From Spirochaetia bacterium (GTDB taxonomy: Bacteria; Spirochaetota; Spirochaetia; DSM-16054; Sediminispirochaetaceae): 64,000 bases of DNA. Position 1 is the first letter of the stretch. Every line of letters starts with the position of its first letter. A program made the position numbers and the translations under genes. The notes under the pieces were generated by a model that worked only from the letters and a program-made list of their open reading frames with translations, did no database searches and had not been told where the DNA came from. Location: contig JAXHMY010000001.1 of assembly GCA_034520965.1 (NCBI GenBank), positions 64,001 to 128,000 of the forward strand, written 5' to 3'. Shown here in pieces: positions 59,581-64,000 of the stretch.

Positions 59581-61265
59581 TTAGCCGGCTGGAACATGGG
59601 GAAGGGCTTTACCGTTTTGCAATAATCTTTCGAAATCCTCAACCTTCACCGGTTTACTGAAGTAAAAGCCCTGCATCCTTTTACACCCAATATTCACAAG
59701 CAGCTCAGCCTGTTGCTGGTTTTCCACACCTTCAATGAGGACATCCTTCCCCCGGGCATAGGCCATATGGACTATATGATCGAGAAAATCCCTTTCCTCA
59801 CTGCTGCTATCTATCTCTTTGACAAACTCACGGTCAATTTTCAAAACCCTGGCGGGTAGTTTTTTTAGATACTGCAGGGAAGAATTACCGGTTCCAAAAT
59901 CATCTATAAACACTTCTATCCCAAGCTGTTTCAGTGCAAGAATGCGCTCTATCGATTCATCTATATTTTTAACACTTTCACTTTCGGTAATTTCAAATTT
60001 CAGAAACTTAGAGTCCTCCAATTGAGCACTTTTAAGAGAGGTCTTGGCATTCCCAATGAGGTCGGACGAAGAAAACTCCCGTGATGACAGGTTTAAGGAC
60101 ACATATATACCGTATTGACGACTCCAGTCTGCAAGCCGTTTGCATACCGTAAACATGATCCATTTTCCAATACCGTATATAAGGTCGGACTGCTCGGCTA
60201 TGGGTATAAGCTCGATGGGAGAAATACTTCCTAGCTCCGGATGTTCCCACCGCAGAAGAGCCTCGGCACCTACAATATGATAGTATTGATCCACAATCGG
60301 CTGATAGTACAGCTGAAATTGTTGCTCCTCTAAGGCTCGGTGAGAAGCGCTTTCAATTTCAATTCTCCGTAGGGCTTGTTTATATAGGCTTTGATTGTAA
60401 AGTGTAAAGGTTTTACCATGTCGCAATGTTTCAAGCATTGCGGATGTAGCTTTTTGAATAAGCTCCCCCTTTTCTTCACCATCTGTAGGGTACACTACTG
60501 CCCCAATTGAACATTTTAGAATAATATCATGCCCTTTAAAATTGTAGGGCAATGCGACTGTTTCAAATATTTTCTTGGCAGTTCTGCCTGCATCCAGTTT
60601 ATTATTTACTTTGGAGAGCAGCACCACAAACTGTCTGCCGTCATAACGAAATACGTAGTCGCTGGACCTTAACTGAGAATGAAGCCTTACCCCGGTATTT
60701 TCCAGCAAAAGGTCGCCAATCTCCTGACCATACAGCTCGATTGCCTTTTCAATGTGTTCCACTTGAATAAAAAGTAGTACCCGCAAATCCTCTCCAACGC
60801 TCCTCTGGGCTCTCTCCAGCTCTTTATCCAGGACAATATCCAAAGAGCGGCGGTTGAAAAGACCTGTAAGGGGATCCCGATACTCGTAATGGTTTAGCTT
60901 ACTCTCTAACCTTCCAATATGAGTAATGTCGTGGGAAAACACTATGGCATGGGTAATTTCATCATCTTCATGGTCAGGGGTAGAATGAGTATGTGCATAT
61001 ACTTAAGAAACGGTCCAAAGGAAAACTCTTCTACATAGTTTACATTTTCCCCGGCAAAGCAACGGTCGATATACCCCTTAATGGTGCGTTCAAACTTCTC
61101 CCTGCCCCACACATCCGCTACTGTGTGACCGACAATTTCCTCCTGGCACCTACTGGTATCCTCGCAATAGGTTTCATTAGCCAGTTCATATACATAATCC
61201 CTGTTTATAAGCGTAATTGAGTCTTTTGAGTTATCAATTATGTACTTATACCTTTTCTCTTCCAT
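59581..61265 (-). CDS. PAS-GGDEF(degenerate)-EAL c-di-GMP phosphodiesterase (frameshift near 60980)
   Basis: DPLTGLFNRR; RYDGRQF in place of GGDEF; EALLRW, IDDFGTG, LKID, QGFYFSKP. Confidence 0.88.
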
Positions 61266-61324
61266 TGTCGCTTGTTTTATTATACCCGAAAAAAAAGAGG
61301 AAATAAAGTTTATTTAACATAACG

Positions 61325-61466
61325 CAGCGATTCTAAATTTGGAAGTCTTTTGACTTCCAAATTTAGAATTCGCATCAATTTCTTTGCAAAATTTTATATA
61401 TCTCAACCTTTGGAGGCATTCTCATTTTGGATAGTGTAACTACACTATCCAAAATGAAAATAGCTG
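61325..61466. mobile_element. 142-bp MITE, copy 2
   Basis: Same structure as 39548-39689; 9-bp direct repeat AACATAACG at 61316-24 and 61467-75. Confidence 0.9.
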
Positions 61467-61647
61467 AACATAACGCCCCTTAAATGTACCATCCTGAAGT
61501 ACCACAAATATAAATTTTCCTGCACAACTCCTTTCAGTGATGCTATAATAAAAGCTGATGGAACAAAAGTAACGTTTTTTCTGACAACCTGCTCAGCACA
61601 TTTCAATCGTTTTATATTTGTTACAATCTAAAAAAGGGAGAATCGGT

Positions 61648-63173
61648 ATGAAAAAGAATAAAAAGCTAACTTTTATCAATGGAGCTCCGGTGGCCGACAA
61701 TAACCACTCGCTCACCGCAGGTTCACGAGGTCCAATGGCGATGCAGGATATCTGGTATCTGGAAAAACTTGGACATTTCGATCGTGAGGTAATTCCAGAG
61801 CGTAGGATGCACGCAAAGGGCTCCGGTGCGTTTGGTAAGTTCACCGTAACCCATGATGTGACTAAATACACAAAAGCGAAGGTTTTCTCAGAGGTGGGAA
61901 AGGAAACAGAGACCTTTGTTCGCTTCTCCACGGTTGCCGGAGAACGGGGGGCAGCAGATGCCGAACGGGATATCCGAGGCTTTGCGGTAAAATTTTATAC
62001 CGAAGAAGGAAATTGGGACTTGGTGGGGAATAATACACCTAGTATTTTTCCTTAGAGATCCCTTAAAGTTCCCCGACCTGAATCATGCCGTCAAGAGAGA
62101 CCCTAAAACCAACATGCGGTCAAAGCAGAACAACTGGGACTTCTGGAGCATGCTTCCCGAGGCGCTCCATCAGGTTACTATCGTTATGTCCGACCGGGGC
62201 ATCCCCAGCGGCTATCGACATATGAACGGCTACGGCAGCCATACCTACAGCCTAATCAATGGGCAGAACCGGCGCTATTGGGTGAAATTTCATTTAAAGA
62301 CCCAACAAGGTATTAAAAACTTCACCGATCAGGAGGCCGCTGCAATCGTTGCCGAGGATCGCGAGAGCAGCCAAACCGACCTGTTCGGCGCTATTGAACG
62401 GGGTGAATACCCAAAGTGGACCATGTATTTTCAGATTATGACCGAGGAGCAGGCACGTCAGCATAAGGAGAATCCCTTCGACCTCACAAAGGTTTGGAGC
62501 CATAAGGACTTTCCCGATGATCGAGGTTGGAGAGCTGGAACTCAACCGGAACCCGGAAAACTATTTCCAAGATGTGGAACAGGCGGCTTTTGCACCGACC
62601 AATATTGTGCCGGGTATCGGCTTTTCCCCCGACAAGATGCTCCAGGGGCGGCTTTTCTCATATGCCGATGCCCAGCGCTACCGTTTAGGGGTCAACTACC
62701 ATCAGATTCCCGTGAATAAACCCAAAAACACGAAAAACGCCTACCACAGGGACGGACAAATGCGGGTGGACGGTAATTACGGTGCACGTACCCATTACGA
62801 GCCAAACAGTTATGGAGAATGGGCTGAACAGCCGGAATTTCGCGAACCGTCGTTAGAGCTGGAGGGGGCCCTTTATCATTACGATCCGGCTGATGATCAA
62901 ACCGATGATGTCTTCTATCAACCCGGCAATTTATATAAGCTGATGAGCGAAAAGCAAAAACAGCTCCTTATCGAGAATACCGCGCGGGATATAAGTCCGT
63001 GTACTAAAAATATCAAGGTTCGGCATACGGTGCACTGCTTTTTGGCTCATGAGGACTATGGACGACGTTTAGCCCAGGCCCTAGAGCTGGATATGAGGGA
63101 AATCGAAGAAAAGGCTAAACTAGATAATCAAGAGCTTCTAAAGGCAACCATGGCCGATGTGTATAGCGGCTAA
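61648..63173 (+). CDS. katA: Monofunctional small-subunit heme catalase (two frameshifts)
   Basis: [35 protein letters not shown] over three ORFs. Confidence 0.92.
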
Positions 63174-63274
63174 TACCTCTCAGCTGCCGGCCTAGATAGA
63201 ACCATTAAGATAGAGTTAGAGTAGTTTTTATTTTTATTGGACTAATTGGTCATTGTGTGTTAATCTGAGAATAT

Positions 63275-64000
63275 ATGAAGAAGTTTATACTTATCTTTGC
63301 AGCTCTTATCGGCATTAGCCTGCTTATTCTGCTCGACAGGTACCAAGTCTCCGGATGGCAAGAGAAACGAGACCTGGCCCTTGCCAAGGAAGCCGGTATT
63401 ACCCAGGTCCGCCTGCAAAACGCCCTCACCTCACGCATAAACATAACCCAATATCTCAAAGCACTGGTGTATCTCCATTCTACTATACCTGAATCATCCG
63501 ATACTCATAAAGCCCTAAACGAAGAGGAATTCAAGCAGTTTGCCCAGAGTCTGCTGGAGCACAATCCGGCTCTGCGGGCACTGCAACTAACCGATAAAGA
63601 TACCCAGGTAATATATGTGTACCCGCCAAAAAATAACAAAATTACCATAACCGAGCCGATGCTGCTGATAAAAGACCCCCTGCGGGGTAAGTATGCACGC
63701 AAAGCTATCCGGGAGAAAAGAATGACCCTTCAACCGCCCTTTGAACTGCGGCAAGGGGGCCTGGGCATTGCAGCCCGTAACCCCGTGTTTGTGGACGACT
63801 CGTTTGTCGGATTGGCGATAGCGGTTATCGATGTTTTTGCAGTTATTGATGATACCTTTCCAGATGAAGTAAGTTCCACCTACAAGTTGAGCCTTATAGA
63901 TTCCGAGGGAAACCAATTTTATAACAAAATGGAGGAAGGTATTCCCACTGAGCGGAGAACTGTGTCTTTTGCCGATGCCCGTTGGACATTGCAAATGGCG
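63275..64000 (+). CDS. CHASE-domain membrane sensor (5' part; runs off window, absent from ORF track)
   Basis: MKKFILIFAALIGISLLILLD...YVYPP...PPFELRQGGLGIAARNPVF; reads open to window end. Confidence 0.75.
   Translation, partial: MKKFILIFAALIGISLLILLDRYQVSGWQEKRDLALAKEAGITQVRLQNALTSRINITQYLKALVYLHSTIPESSDTHKALNEEEFKQFAQSLLEHNPALRALQLTDKDTQVIYVYPPKNNKITITEPMLLIKDPLRGKYARKAIREKRMTLQPPFELRQGGLGIAARNPVFVDDSFVGLAIAVIDVFAVIDDTFPDEVSSTYKLSLIDSEGNQFYNKMEEGIPTERRTVSFADARWTLQMA

Noticed and set aside
58029..63173. Programmed frameshifting or real inactivation of thrC, the EAL protein and katA
   Set aside because: Single-base indels are scattered over many unrelated, otherwise intact genes, which is better explained by long-read consensus errors; read polishing would decide
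63587..63994. Minus-strand 135-aa ORF at window end
   Set aside because: Shadow of the plus-strand CHASE-domain gene that runs off the window

Overview
Bacterial chromosomal window, most likely from a free-living spirochaete (inferred from spirochaete-style lipoboxes 'LSC-SNP'/'FGC-SNP', InlB B-repeat lipoproteins and Pcs). Many single-base frameshifts, including in thrC and katA, suggest an unpolished long-read assembly. Main blocks: (1) a minus-strand envelope island at 1.6-17.5 kb (PTS enzyme I remnant, glycolipid genes, HtrA, CusR/CopR-like two-component system, SH3 lipoprotein, NEW3-domain ABC system) in which five upstream regions share a phased TTACA operator; (2) a GH100 invertase plus glucose dehydrogenase pair next to an IS3 remnant; (3) a convergent duplicated module at 24.6-34.5 kb, each copy a catalytically dead 5'-nucleotidase/beta-barrel fusion followed by an InlB-repeat surface lipoprotein, both preceded by a near-identical 44-bp element, next to a B12-sensor/kinase/NarL cluster; (4) a GH5/GH30 glycan ABC locus; (5) apgM-thrC, a GGDEF-EAL protein, katA and a CHASE sensor. 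About ten toxin-antitoxin modules or remnants, several internally deleted gene relics and two copies of a 142-bp MITE with 9-bp target duplications lie between the blocks. No rRNA, tRNA or CRISPR array was seen.
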